From the NCBI GenBank assembly GCA_002269645.1, contig NIVC01004469.1, forward strand, positions 1-44,860: DNA of 44,860 nt, in the 5' to 3' direction. Of this stretch, positions 35,937-44,860 are shown one piece after another. Under the pieces are notes generated by a model. That model saw only the letters and a program-made list of their open reading frames with translations, made no database searches and was not told the DNA's origin. Origin of the DNA: Macrostomum lignano. Lineage: Eukaryota. The translations under genes and the position numbers were made by a program. Every line of letters starts with the position of its first letter. Position 1 is the first letter of the stretch.

Positions 35937-37248
35937 ACTGTGCCAGGAACAATGTCGCGAAGTTCAGTAAGTTGCAGTTGCTTGTCAAATATACCTCCAA
36001 ATATGACGTTGTACACGGTACTAGTTGCAGCATTGAAGCGTAACTCTAGTTTTACATTTCCTTCCTTATACAGTTGCACTCCCCGTCCGACACCAGGTTC
36101 ACTTCCAAGACTGAATGCAAAAATTGAGTAACCATTGGCGTAATCCAGCATATTAAATCCAATATCTCGTCCCTGTAGATAGATTCCAAGCTGTTGTAGC
36201 AAAAAATTATACTCTGTCACACAATCATCTCCAAAGTTTGTCTGCAGCGGACGCGATGGTACCGAGTCTCCATTCACAAACACACCAATGCTGCTCACAT
36301 TTGCATGCTCAAAGTTGAACGGATTTGTGTCCATGCTTCCATTGAATGCCTTGTTGCTTACGATTGCCATCAATAAAAGCCGTGGTACCCCACTAGGAAA
36401 CAAATTTTCATGCGTATGGCTAGACGATCCTCGGGTATAGTAAACGTACCAAGGCTTAGACTTCGGTGCGGATATAATGCATTGTGACTTTTAAGTCCAT
36501 GAGCATGTGCACTGATAACACTCGGCGAGGGTTGAACAAACCGCAATCGTAGTTCTGCACGCAAAAACTTGATCTCATAGTCTTTTAAAACCGCACCAGC
36601 TTCTAATTTTGACCCGCTCAGGACAAATTTACTTTTTGCCGGTATGAGCTTGATCCGTAGTGGTGTCTTTGATAGTAGATACCGAGGCTGACGAAACAAA
36701 TCCAAGAATAACGGCCCCGATACAGTGCACCGCCTATTGTTAGCAATGAGCGCCTGCCTCTTTGTTCGTCCATCGTTTTCACTTGTTGCATTCATTTTAC
36801 CAGCTGTATCCTTGTAAAACCCCCACGGCAGTAAACCAGCCTTCTGAGCTGTATGTCCATATTCCAGTAATGTAAGAAGCATAGCCTTGTATGGATACAT
36901 AAAACTACCACCTTCAACTACAGTATCGCCAATAGTAAATTGAACGTCCTCAAACAATGTTCCAATAACCAAATTATTCAAACAAACAAAATTTTTCGTT
37001 GCATCTATAGGTTCACCTTCACTATCACTAACGCTGAAGCATACCGTGAGCACAGTTTCTTGTAGATCCAAATACAAATCGCCTGCAGGCACAACTTCAA
37101 ATTCGATAGGTGATCCTTTTGTAATACCATGTTGCGGTTGAATGTTAGTATATCGATTATCCAAAACACTAAACTGAACAGGACTTTGATCAAATAGCGA
37201 CAATTCACTTTTAAGAGCAGCAATATCAGGTCCAAGCAAATGATTCAT
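35927..37248 (-). CDS. Double jelly-roll major capsid protein (PY/hexon-like; one frameshift at about 36430)
   Basis: KSELSLF..PIEF..YLDLQET..YPYKAML..WGFYKDTAG..LFLDLFRQPRYL, then with one extra G ENLFPSGVPR..AFNGSMDTNPFNF..GYSIFAF..VKLELRF. Confidence 0.9.
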
Positions 37249-37249
37249 G

Positions 37250-37741
37250 CTACTTTTCAAACAGACTAAAAATTTTCTTGCTTGCAGTAGCAGTTCGACG
37301 TTTTCCTATACCACCGGTCTTCTTGCGTTTTCTTTTGTTCACGCGTCCCTTTCCACACTGTCTTGTTCGTCGTTTCTTTTGCCGTTTCTTCTTTCCTAAG
37401 CTTATAGCCACTCCACTGGTTCTTTTCCTTCGCTTTGGTCTCGAAACTGCAGTTGTATTAAACATCTCTTCGCTCGATTCTGTGTCCAAGTGACGCTTCC
37501 GACCCATACCAATTTTTGCTGTCGCACTTTTCAAATACTCCAGACCACGATCCAAGAAATCTTTCTTTGCGTTGCGTAGTACAGGATACACCAATCTGTC
37601 CGCCAAATTTGACAAAAAACCGTAACCTTCGTAAACAGGAATGCCATATCCACCTCCACCTTCAGCAGATCTATTCGGACCAGAATAAAAAGCAAAAATA
37701 GGATCCATTTCAACAGTCTTCTCTTCGTCATGCAATCCCAA
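37250..37741 (-). CDS. Basic K/R-rich core-like protein with a GxG motif (pVII-like, inferred)
   Basis: GGGGYGIPVYEGYGFLSNL plus an Arg/Lys-rich C-terminal half. It lies between INT and MCP. Confidence 0.7.
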   Translation of the reverse strand: MGLHDEEKTVEMDPIFAFYSGPNRSAEGGGGYGIPVYEGYGFLSNLADRLVYPVLRNAKKDFLDRGLEYLKSATAKIGMGRKRHLDTESSEEMFNTTAVSRPKRRKRTSGVAISLGKKKRQKKRRTRQCGKGRVNKRKRKKTGGIGKRRTATASKKIFSLFEK

Positions 37742-37749
37742 TTCATGTG

Positions 37750-38910
37750 TTACTTATACACTTTAGAAAATAGTTTAGCAGTCTTTGCGTCAAGATCATT
37801 TTCGTTTAACCACTGACTTCTTGAGATTGGCATACCTTTCCATTTTACTAGATACAGACGACTTCGATTTTTCGCTCGATCAGTTTCAATAACTTTTTCA
37901 ATTTCATTAGGTGTTTCATCTGTCTCGTTTACCAACATTAGTTCCGCTTGGTTAAACCTTCCTTTCAGCACTTCAAATCCATCTTCAGGGTCCACTAATT
38001 CGTACATTGGCGGGTCTGTCAAGTGTACACGATGAATGCGATATTTTGAATTACTCCAAGTCGTAGTGTATCCTTTTTCAAATGTTCCTCGACGTCGTGT
38101 AATTCTAACCCAATCACCAACTTTAAATTTATTCTCATTCTTTTTAGTGTACGACTTCGCAAACATTTTGTCCCACAAAATTCCTTGTAAATGCGGGTCT
38201 GTCTCTACCCGTTTTGGTGTTTCTCCACTCAAGGATCGATGAGGACTAGAGTTGAAATTATCTTCCAATTGCGGTAAAATGTCAAACCATCGAGGTAAAT
38301 TTTTTGCTCGAAAGTATCGTAATAGACGTTCCTTTAACGAGCGGATAAATCGTTCAGCCATGCTTGCCTTGTAATTGCTTTGGCTAACAAAAAATCGAAC
38401 TCCTTCCTGTTTCAGCATTTGACGTGTAGCTCTTCCGAGAAACTCCATACCAGCATCACCTTGTAAATAAACAGGCTTAAAACCACTTCGAAAAATCTCT
38501 AGTAATACTTGACTAACTTCTGAAGGCTTCTTTGTACGCAATGGTCTTAGTCGTACAACTCTAGTAAAACAGTCGATAAGAACAAGTATGTAACGATAAC
38601 CTCGATTTTCCGTCTTGTATTGAGGTAAATCTGCCAAATCGATTTGAAACTGAAACTTTGCAACTGGTGGCACACTAATTTTTGGAGTTGGAAAGTTTCG
38701 TCGTGTTTTTCGAAATAAATGATGCTCATTTGTTGATCGCACCCAATTATCAACTTCGCGCTTTGCAACTTTGTTCGTAATCTGTGGAAACTTTTTACGT
38801 ACTTCACGAACAAGTATAATCTTGTTACCACTAAATGAAGTAGGCCTGTTCAAGTTAAAAAAAGCATCCGTCAAAAATTCTTCAATTTCCTTACGCACTC
38901 GCTTCATCAT
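37750..38910 (-). CDS. Retroviral-like (rve) integrase with C-terminal chromodomain
   Basis: QIDLAD, LIDCFTR, QGDAGMEF and AERFIRSLK. C-terminal IEKVI..YLVKWKG..SQWL. Confidence 0.95.
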   Translation of the reverse strand: MMKRVRKEIEEFLTDAFFNLNRPTSFSGNKIILVREVRKKFPQITNKVAKREVDNWVRSTNEHHLFRKTRRNFPTPKISVPPVAKFQFQIDLADLPQYKTENRGYRYILVLIDCFTRVVRLRPLRTKKPSEVSQVLLEIFRSGFKPVYLQGDAGMEFLGRATRQMLKQEGVRFFVSQSNYKASMAERFIRSLKERLLRYFRAKNLPRWFDILPQLEDNFNSSPHRSLSGETPKRVETDPHLQGILWDKMFAKSYTKKNENKFKVGDWVRITRRRGTFEKGYTTTWSNSKYRIHRVHLTDPPMYELVDPEDGFEVLKGRFNQAELMLVNETDETPNEIEKVIETDRAKNRSRLYLVKWKGMPISRSQWLNENDLDAKTAKLFSKVYK

Positions 38911-39079
38911 CAGTTAGATTGATGCTAGTCGTTTGACAGTTGCAACAAAAGAACGAAGCCTCGATCGAATCTCCGTCAGTATCCTCGTTGTGCTCCTTTC
39001 CCAGAAACGGCACACATTCAGATTTTATGCAAAAAAACTCACAGAGACGAATCAAAAGTTTTTGGAAGATAGATGACAT
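38891..39079 (-). CDS. Small hypothetical Cys-containing protein (62 aa) overlapping the integrase start
   Basis: ATG start, co-oriented, fills the gap in a tightly packed gene array. Confidence 0.45.
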   Translation of the reverse strand: MSSIFQKLLIRLCEFFCIKSECVPFLGKEHNEDTDGDSIEASFFCCNCQTTSINLTDDEASA

Positions 39080-39191
39080 GGTTTGTCTTATTAAACTATA
39101 TATTTTTCATAAACAAAAAATTAACCTTTTTAAAAAGCTTATAGTGCTCGAATCAATTTTGTTAAAACGTAATCTGTAATTTTAAAACAAC

Positions 39192-39881
39192 TTAATTCAG
39201 TGTTTGATAATTTTCAAACAGACTAAGATCCTCCTTTGCAACAGTTTTTGGAGCAGACATTAGCTCGTTTCGTACATGACGCCCGATTTGGTTTGCTGCG
39301 ATTCCACGTTTTCGAAGAAAGTCTAAAAATGTTTTTAGTCCACTAGGCGGTTGAGTCTCGTGTCGCTTAAGCGGTCTGTCTCGAACAACATATTCCATGA
39401 GATCTTGTATCTCGGCATCAGTCAAATTAGCCAGCATTGGTTCTGCATTCTTGTCCATGTCCGAAAATAGGTTTTGAGCGAGAGCTTCGAAACGTGGTAA
39501 AAAAACTTTAGGAATTTCCCTTGATTCGCTGGCATATGAACTTCTTACAGTAGTCCCTTTGCGAACAAGTGACAGATTGTCCTCGTCTCCAGTGCGATAG
39601 ACTTTGCGCAATTTTAAAAGTTTGTCTTCCAATCTGCTTCGTTTCAATTGAGCTGTGTAATTTGGCTCCTTTTCCATTTCCTTGTCCAAGTTATCCATTT
39701 GGTCTCTCATTTCCACCATATTTTTTGCCAGAGCATCTTGCGGTGCGTCTAAAACTTCAGTTTTTCGAGGTGTCTCAGCAGTTGGTGACGATCCTTGCTC
39801 TGCACCTTGACATGCAGATTGATACACAGATTCAGGTACTAGATACATTCGTTGAAAACTACTACTCTCGTTAGTTCGCAT
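39192..39881 (-). CDS. Hypothetical Maverick protein, 229 aa (MYLVP motif, predicted helical)
   Basis: ATG-initiated, co-oriented and abutting both neighbours. Confidence 0.7.
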   Translation of the reverse strand: MRTNESSSFQRMYLVPESVYQSACQGAEQGSSPTAETPRKTEVLDAPQDALAKNMVEMRDQMDNLDKEMEKEPNYTAQLKRSRLEDKLLKLRKVYRTGDEDNLSLVRKGTTVRSSYASESREIPKVFLPRFEALAQNLFSDMDKNAEPMLANLTDAEIQDLMEYVVRDRPLKRHETQPPSGLKTFLDFLRKRGIAANQIGRHVRNELMSAPKTVAKEDLSLFENYQTLN

Positions 39882-39891
39882 TATATTCCTA

Positions 39892-40320
39892 CTACTTTCG
39901 TTGAATTGATCGTATTAAATTCGCTGCTCCCGCGGCGGTACCAACTACTCCAGACGTTATCCCAAGCGCAGTGCTTATAGCAGGTAGAGCGGCAATAATT
40001 GGAGCCAAAAAAGGTAAAAATCCTCCGTGTTGGACAAGTATTTTCCTTTTTGCAGTAATTGGAGTCTTCTGTTCCAAAAGCTGGCGTATATATCTGCGAT
40101 GCTTCTCAAGTCGTCTTTTGTTACAGTTACTAATTTTAATACGTCCACTAATAATATTAAACAGAAAGTCTACTAGACATCGTATCTCCGACTCTGAAAG
40201 TGTTTGTAAAAAACTTTTTCTCTGCTTTGGATGCTTTAGCCGATAAACAATTTGTAGTAAAAAAGCACACTGACACAATGAGCGAGCATTTTGTTTTCCT
40301 TTTTCTGTTAGTTCGCTCAT
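39892..40320 (-). CDS. Adenovirus pX/mu-like basic core protein
   Basis: Basic helical body, then QHGGFLPFLAPIIAALPAI, resembling adenoviral pX GGILPLLIPLIAAAIGAVP. Confidence 0.75.
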   Translation of the reverse strand: MSELTEKGKQNARSLCQCAFLLQIVYRLKHPKQRKSFLQTLSESEIRCLVDFLFNIISGRIKISNCNKRRLEKHRRYIRQLLEQKTPITAKRKILVQHGGFLPFLAPIIAALPAISTALGITSGVVGTAAGAANLIRSIQRK

Positions 40321-40376
40321 TCTTACAAAACAAATTCACAAAATTTTCTATTACACAATTAATCTTTGCTTATAAA

Positions 40377-41381
40377 TTAGTCCGACCTATGTTTAAAATG
40401 CAGTACGACAACAACGTGTGCTCCCGGATCAAAATTAAACGGTTTTCCGCGCTGGTCCGATAGTCGAATCGAAATCTCGTGAATTTGTTGTCGATTTGTT
40501 TTCAAGTAGTAGGGTGTTTGCAATGCACTGCTATCGCGTATAAGTTCTCCGTTTTTCTTTTGTTGGAGTTCCACAACTCGAAGCAACGGTACTGATGTAC
40601 TTCCCACTGCTTGATACTCGATTATATCTGTGTAACAGTACATGTAAACCGTTTTACTAGGCATCGGAGAAGGTAGCACAGCATCCAAGTAGGTTTTGTT
40701 AATGCGCCAAACACGATTTCTCAACCAATATTGGTGTACTTTGATGTACACTTCTCCTTCCGTTTTTCGAAGATAGTCTCCATGCGAAACAAGTCGTATA
40801 GCTTCACCAGGCGATAGAACACAATAAAAAACATAATAGTTCTCAGGTACTAGCGCTAGAGTATTGTCGAGACTTTTTATCAAATCCAAGTATGAACCAT
40901 CCGGTGGTTGTACACTACCAGCGGCAGGTTTTGATAATTTTTCCGAGACAAGTCCAGAAAGTTTCTTCCAAGAGTCAAATTTGAAAGCGTCCATAAATGT
41001 AACTGGTAGTTCTAATCCAATAGTTTTTTCGCCTGAATTTCGTAAAAGCCAGGCAAATTTTTCATCTGTACCAGACGGTTGCCAGGAAACGTAAGCATCC
41101 AAGTCTGCCTCTGCCCAAACACGACCCCAATAGTTTTTCTTTAATCGTATTATTGAGTCAATGTCCGCAAAATATGGAACTTCAAATCGACGCTCACGAT
41201 GAGCATTTGGCGTCGTAATTGCTCCATGGCACAGTAATTCAACTAGTGCAACCTCGAAGAATCCGTTCAATAAATTTATTGGTTCAGTTAGTCGCACTCG
41301 AAATTCATTAGGCGAGTTGGTTTCGTAACTGATATCGTTTGACGGCAAAAAAACGTAAAAACTCATTTTGAAATAAAACAC
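40377..41381 (-). CDS. Minor capsid protein (penton, PX)
   Basis: FYVFLPSN..N..F...L..PI.L..FEVALVEL at the N-terminus; YCYTDII..VG..PLLRVV..PYY..ISIRLSDQRG..VVLHF at the C-terminus. Confidence 0.88.
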   Translation of the reverse strand: MFYFKMSFYVFLPSNDISYETNSPNEFRVRLTEPINLLNGFFEVALVELLCHGAITTPNAHRERRFEVPYFADIDSIIRLKKNYWGRVWAEADLDAYVSWQPSGTDEKFAWLLRNSGEKTIGLELPVTFMDAFKFDSWKKLSGLVSEKLSKPAAGSVQPPDGSYLDLIKSLDNTLALVPENYYVFYCVLSPGEAIRLVSHGDYLRKTEGEVYIKVHQYWLRNRVWRINKTYLDAVLPSPMPSKTVYMYCYTDIIEYQAVGSTSVPLLRVVELQQKKNGELIRDSSALQTPYYLKTNRQQIHEISIRLSDQRGKPFNFDPGAHVVVVLHFKHRSD

Positions 41382-41423
41382 AAACTAATATTGACAACAG
41401 TTTATAATTTGCTTATAATAATA

Positions 41424-42113
41424 TTACACAAACTTTGCATCACATTCACGAGTATAGACAACTTGTTCATCACCAGAAAATATTCCTGTTCTCAATCGTA
41501 AAAAATCTGGTGTCACTTGCCGCAGGTCAATGAATAAATATGAAAAAGGTTTGTTATTTGTTGCGTCTTCATACACATTCACTAGAAACCTACTATTACG
41601 CGGATACATTTGTCGACCGAGATGTTCAACTGTGGTTCGATCGCGCACACTACGAGTTAGACAAATATAACTAGCTGATAAACTTCGCATGCGTGCTTCT
41701 GGATCAGACTTGTTAAAAAGACCTTGACAAAGGTACAGACAAGTCAAAGGGATATGATGCGCATGCTTTGTAAACATACTAGTAAATTCTGGCAACTTAG
41801 CAATCTCGCTTTGCAAGTCGTCAACAACAACCAAATCGTGTGGTAAAAAACGATTAATCATCTGTGGTGTGAATTCGGGTACAAAAACAATAGGGTCAAG
41901 ACCGCTTTTTTGCCAGCATGTTCTAATTCGTTGTTGATCGTCTGGTTTCAAACTTGATCCATGGCACCAAACAAGACGGCACGGTTTTTTATCAAATAAT
42001 TCTTTTCGTTCAGTCAACAAACGCAACGTCCATTCAGTTTTACCCGAGTTTGAAGGTCCAGCAATAATAAATGTAGAATCGTGAGCTAGTTGCATATTGT
42101 ATGGCTGCTGCAT
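41424..42113 (-). CDS. A32/FtsK-like DNA packaging ATPase
   Basis: Walker A GPSNSGKT, Walker B VVVDDLQ, FTKHAHH and YLFIDL. Confidence 0.93.
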   Translation of the reverse strand: MQQPYNMQLAHDSTFIIAGPSNSGKTEWTLRLLTERKELFDKKPCRLVWCHGSSLKPDDQQRIRTCWQKSGLDPIVFVPEFTPQMINRFLPHDLVVVDDLQSEIAKLPEFTSMFTKHAHHIPLTCLYLCQGLFNKSDPEARMRSLSASYICLTRSVRDRTTVEHLGRQMYPRNSRFLVNVYEDATNNKPFSYLFIDLRQVTPDFLRLRTGIFSGDEQVVYTRECDAKFV

Positions 42114-42115
42114 TT

Positions 42116-42534
42116 TCAAGCACCAAAGCGTTGCTTAACTTGCATAACCTTGGTAACCAACTTCGCAGCTAGTTTTTCTTTCCAACCAGTAGACGGATCG
42201 TGGGCAATCTCTCGTGCACCAGATTCTAATAGCTTATCAGCTTTTAACCTCTCTTGCACGTCAGAATTTTTATCATAGGCCACGTCGTGAAGCATGCACA
42301 AATTGTCAAGCCGATTAATTCCTCGTTGTCCTTTTGCTAGCCTAGCTTGCAGTTGCGTACCTGGACCACAAAACTGATATCCGCCGGGTAAATGTGCTTC
42401 AAATGGTAAATGATTAATTAACCAATTTACGACACCATAACCTTGTTGCTTTTTATTAATCTTTCTAATAGATTTCTTCTTTTACGAATGCTCTTCTTTT
42501 TCTTTTTAAAACCTCGATCTTTCGCTGGAGACAT
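42116..42534 (-). CDS. Parvovirus-VP1u-type phospholipase A2 with a Lys-rich N-terminus (one frameshift at about 42482)
   Basis: HLPGGYQFCGPGT (Ca-binding loop) and GINRLDNLCMLHDVAYD (catalytic HD and downstream D). The ORF track shows only the last 61 aa. Confidence 0.88.
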
Positions 42535-42649
42535 TTTTACAACATATATTTTAGGCATAAATTTTTAAAATTGCTTATAGTATTTACAAAGCTCTCGCAT
42601 AGTGCACCAATCACCAAAGAAAAAAATCAGTTTATTATTATTATTATAC

Positions 42650-43132
42650 TTATTGGCCAGTGCTGCCAAAGCCGCCAAAGCCGCGCCGCTTGGTCGGCGG
42701 CTCAATCATCCGAATCGAATTGTCTGCTTCAGTCACATAGACTGAAGCAAGCACGGCCTGCTCCAGAACCAGTTGTGCAATACTGAGCCCGGCATAGTAC
42801 TCAAAGTCTTCCGGACTGTAATTAAACAAGACTATACAGATTTCACCAGTATAGTCGGGGTCGATTACGCCACCGCCAACAAATAAGCTGTGCAGAGCCA
42901 TGCTGGAACGTCCCGCTATCCTGCCATAGGTACCAGGCGGTAAGCGAATTTTGAGTCCGGTTCGCACACTCCGGGACTCGTAGGCCGGAATGGTACCATC
43001 GACGCCAGCGCAAAGATCATACCCGATCGACCCGACAGTTTTTCGGGTCGGAATCGTTGCCGAATCGTATAGACGTTCAACTAAAAGCTTACGATCAGTT
43101 AGTTGTTGTTGCTGCTGCTGCTCGGGATTCAT
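42650..43132 (-). CDS. dut: Trimeric dUTPase
   Basis: All five motifs are present: GYDL, GRIAGRSS, GVIDPDYTGEI, IAQLV and RGFGGFGSTG. Confidence 0.95.
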   Translation of the reverse strand: MNPEQQQQQQLTDRKLLVERLYDSATIPTRKTVGSIGYDLCAGVDGTIPAYESRSVRTGLKIRLPPGTYGRIAGRSSMALHSLFVGGGVIDPDYTGEICIVLFNYSPEDFEYYAGLSIAQLVLEQAVLASVYVTEADNSIRMIEPPTKRRGFGGFGSTGQ

Positions 43133-43427
43133 GTCGATTCTTGTAGCTGAAAGTTTAAAAAAAAGTTTTTTTTTCTTGAAACATGAACGATAGCACTACA
43201 TTTACGTCTACTACAAGCACAAGCTTAGTCTTGAGAATCTAACTATAAAAAATATACTTTTTCAAATAATTAAACACAATTAAAAAAGTGCTAAAATTAT
43301 AATTTAAACGAATGCCGGTATCATTTATTTATTGTAAATAATGATCAATGAAAAATTAATGATGGTTACAGTCTTCTATAGCATGCTATTACTTTGTACA
43401 ACAAAAGAGATCAGAGCATATTGTTAA

Positions 43428-44543
43428 TTAATTAGCCAAGTGCCAGTGTCCAAAGGGTAGCGAATTAATTGAACTTGTCCAGGATCGCTTCGTATCGAAG
43501 AAGCTTAGTGCAAGTTTTCTTTGTTGCATCAAAAAAAACTTTCTGTTTTCGAGAACGAATGGACTGTATGCGCGAAAACACAAGTTGTCGCTTGTGTAAG
43601 ACTCTTAAATAGTCTTGATGCTTTAAACTGCTCTGTGCGGCTTTAGAAGCAGTACTGCCCAGCTTTGCGACCGATTGAGACTGGAACTTTAAACGATTGC
43701 TGCTTAACCAGACCGGACCGGACTGGACCGGACCGGACTGGACCGGACTCCCCGCCCGCCGCCGCCGCCGCGCCGCCGCCACCACCACCACCACCACCGC
43801 CGCCACACACCACCACGCCGCCACCACCACCACTGCCGCCGCCCGCCCCACACCACCGTGGGACGTATTTGTTGACAGTGTGCTTGCATGGCTTTTGCGA
43901 TAAACGCAGAGCATCAGTCTAGCTGCTCGATTGCTCTATATTGCCAATTACTACCTCGAGATTGAAAATTGCAATTTATTAACAACTGATTAATAACGCG
44001 TGCGAACCAGTCATTGTAGGCCTCGGGAGATAACAGCATGTCACTGTTTGCAATCGTCTCATCAAATGATATTGTCGCAATGTTGGTATTAAAATAGACC
44101 GAAATGATCTCTTCGCTGCTCGAGCCATCGTTGTCGTCTGCTGCTGTTTTCGGTCGAAATAGTGTCACTTTCAAGTGAAAGCAGACTCTTATTAATAAAC
44201 TGGGTGAGCCAATTTTTTCCAATATTTTAAATATGGTTCTCTAAAGACGCAATCAACTCGCCAGGAAGTAACTCGCCAGAGCTGTTGCCTTGTTCAAGAG
44301 TGGGAGTAAATTCGACAAAATTTACCCGACCACGATGAGCTGACTCGCGCAAAGCGATGGACCACCCATCTGGTGGGTTTTCGTCAGGTTTTGCAGCGAT
44401 CCGGTCAGTAATCGTTGCGGTGAAAAACAAGCACCATGCGAGTGAGCATGCAGCTCGGCTTGATTACTGAACTTTTTTCTGCAGATTTGGCATTGTGCAC
44501 GCGGCATTTGTGCACCTAGCTCGACAACGAGCGTATCGAGCAT
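43428..44543 (-). pseudogene. Protein-primed DNA polymerase B remnant: N-terminus and C-terminus only
   Basis: N-part: C2H2 finger CQIC..HAH and FQSRGSNWQYRAIEQL. C-part: LKHQDYLRVL..IRSRKQKV..KLALSFFDTKR..SLPFGHW. Several frameshifts; no exonuclease or polymerase motifs in between. Confidence 0.78.
43705..43862. repeat. GC-rich low-complexity tract: (GACCG/GACTG)n followed by (CCG)n/(CCA)n
   Basis: Directly visible. Confidence 0.9.
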
Positions 44544-44860
44544 AATATTAATAGATGATCCGGTTTGTCATTTGCGGCTGTAAGAAAAATGATGATTTGG
44601 TTAGTTATAGGTATAGCTGACACGTTTACTATTAGAGAAAACAATTGGTAAATAAATAAAAAAAGACAAAATGTTTTAAAAGAATGCATCGCAACTGCGA
44701 TTGACAGCAATTTTACTTGTTAAGTTTAGTTATTAACAGAGATTAAAAAATCCTTGACATGGTTAAGAATATTATTCAATTCATGAGTGTTTTGAACGCC
44801 CATAACAAACTTTTTCGAAAAAAATATGTATACAAAAAAGCCTTGGTTTTGATGCTGATC

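Larger units (their letters stand above)
35036..44860 (-). mobile_element. Maverick/Polinton (adintovirus-like) endogenous dsDNA viral element, continuing beyond the window
   Basis: Co-oriented PRO, MCP, integrase, penton, ATPase and pPolB remnant. Candidate terminus AGTAGT at 35036. Confidence 0.93.

Noticed and set aside
43465-43922. 149-aa and poly-Pro/Gly ORFs as stand-alone genes
   Set aside because: They are better explained as frameshifted pieces of the PolB remnant running through a GC-rich repeat.

Overview
Eukaryotic (animal) genomic DNA. The style is reminiscent of the flatworm Macrostomum, but that is inference only. The window has four layers. (1) 1-15.4 kb: a minus-strand, multi-exon PACS1/2-like gene whose introns hold satellites, tRNA-derived SINE-like repeats, hAT-type MITEs and long imperfect palindromes. 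(2) 17.7-19.5 kb: an intronless DEG/ENaC channel ORF on the minus strand. (3) 22.0-34.4 kb: a 4-exon FOXRED2 gene on the plus strand. Its third intron holds an antisense Ty3/Gypsy retrotransposon arranged LTR-int-LTR-int-LTR inside one 5-bp TSD. (4) About 35.0 kb to the window end: a Maverick/Polinton (adintovirus-like) endogenous virus with all genes on the minus strand. It carries a protease, major capsid, basic core-like proteins, a chromo-integrase, penton, packaging ATPase, a parvovirus-type phospholipase A2 and a dUTPase. Its pPolB gene keeps only the N- and C-termini, joined by a GC-rich microsatellite tract. Several genes are split by single-base indels in homopolymers, so the ORF track misses or fragments them. 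All family assignments come from motif recognition by eye, with no database search.
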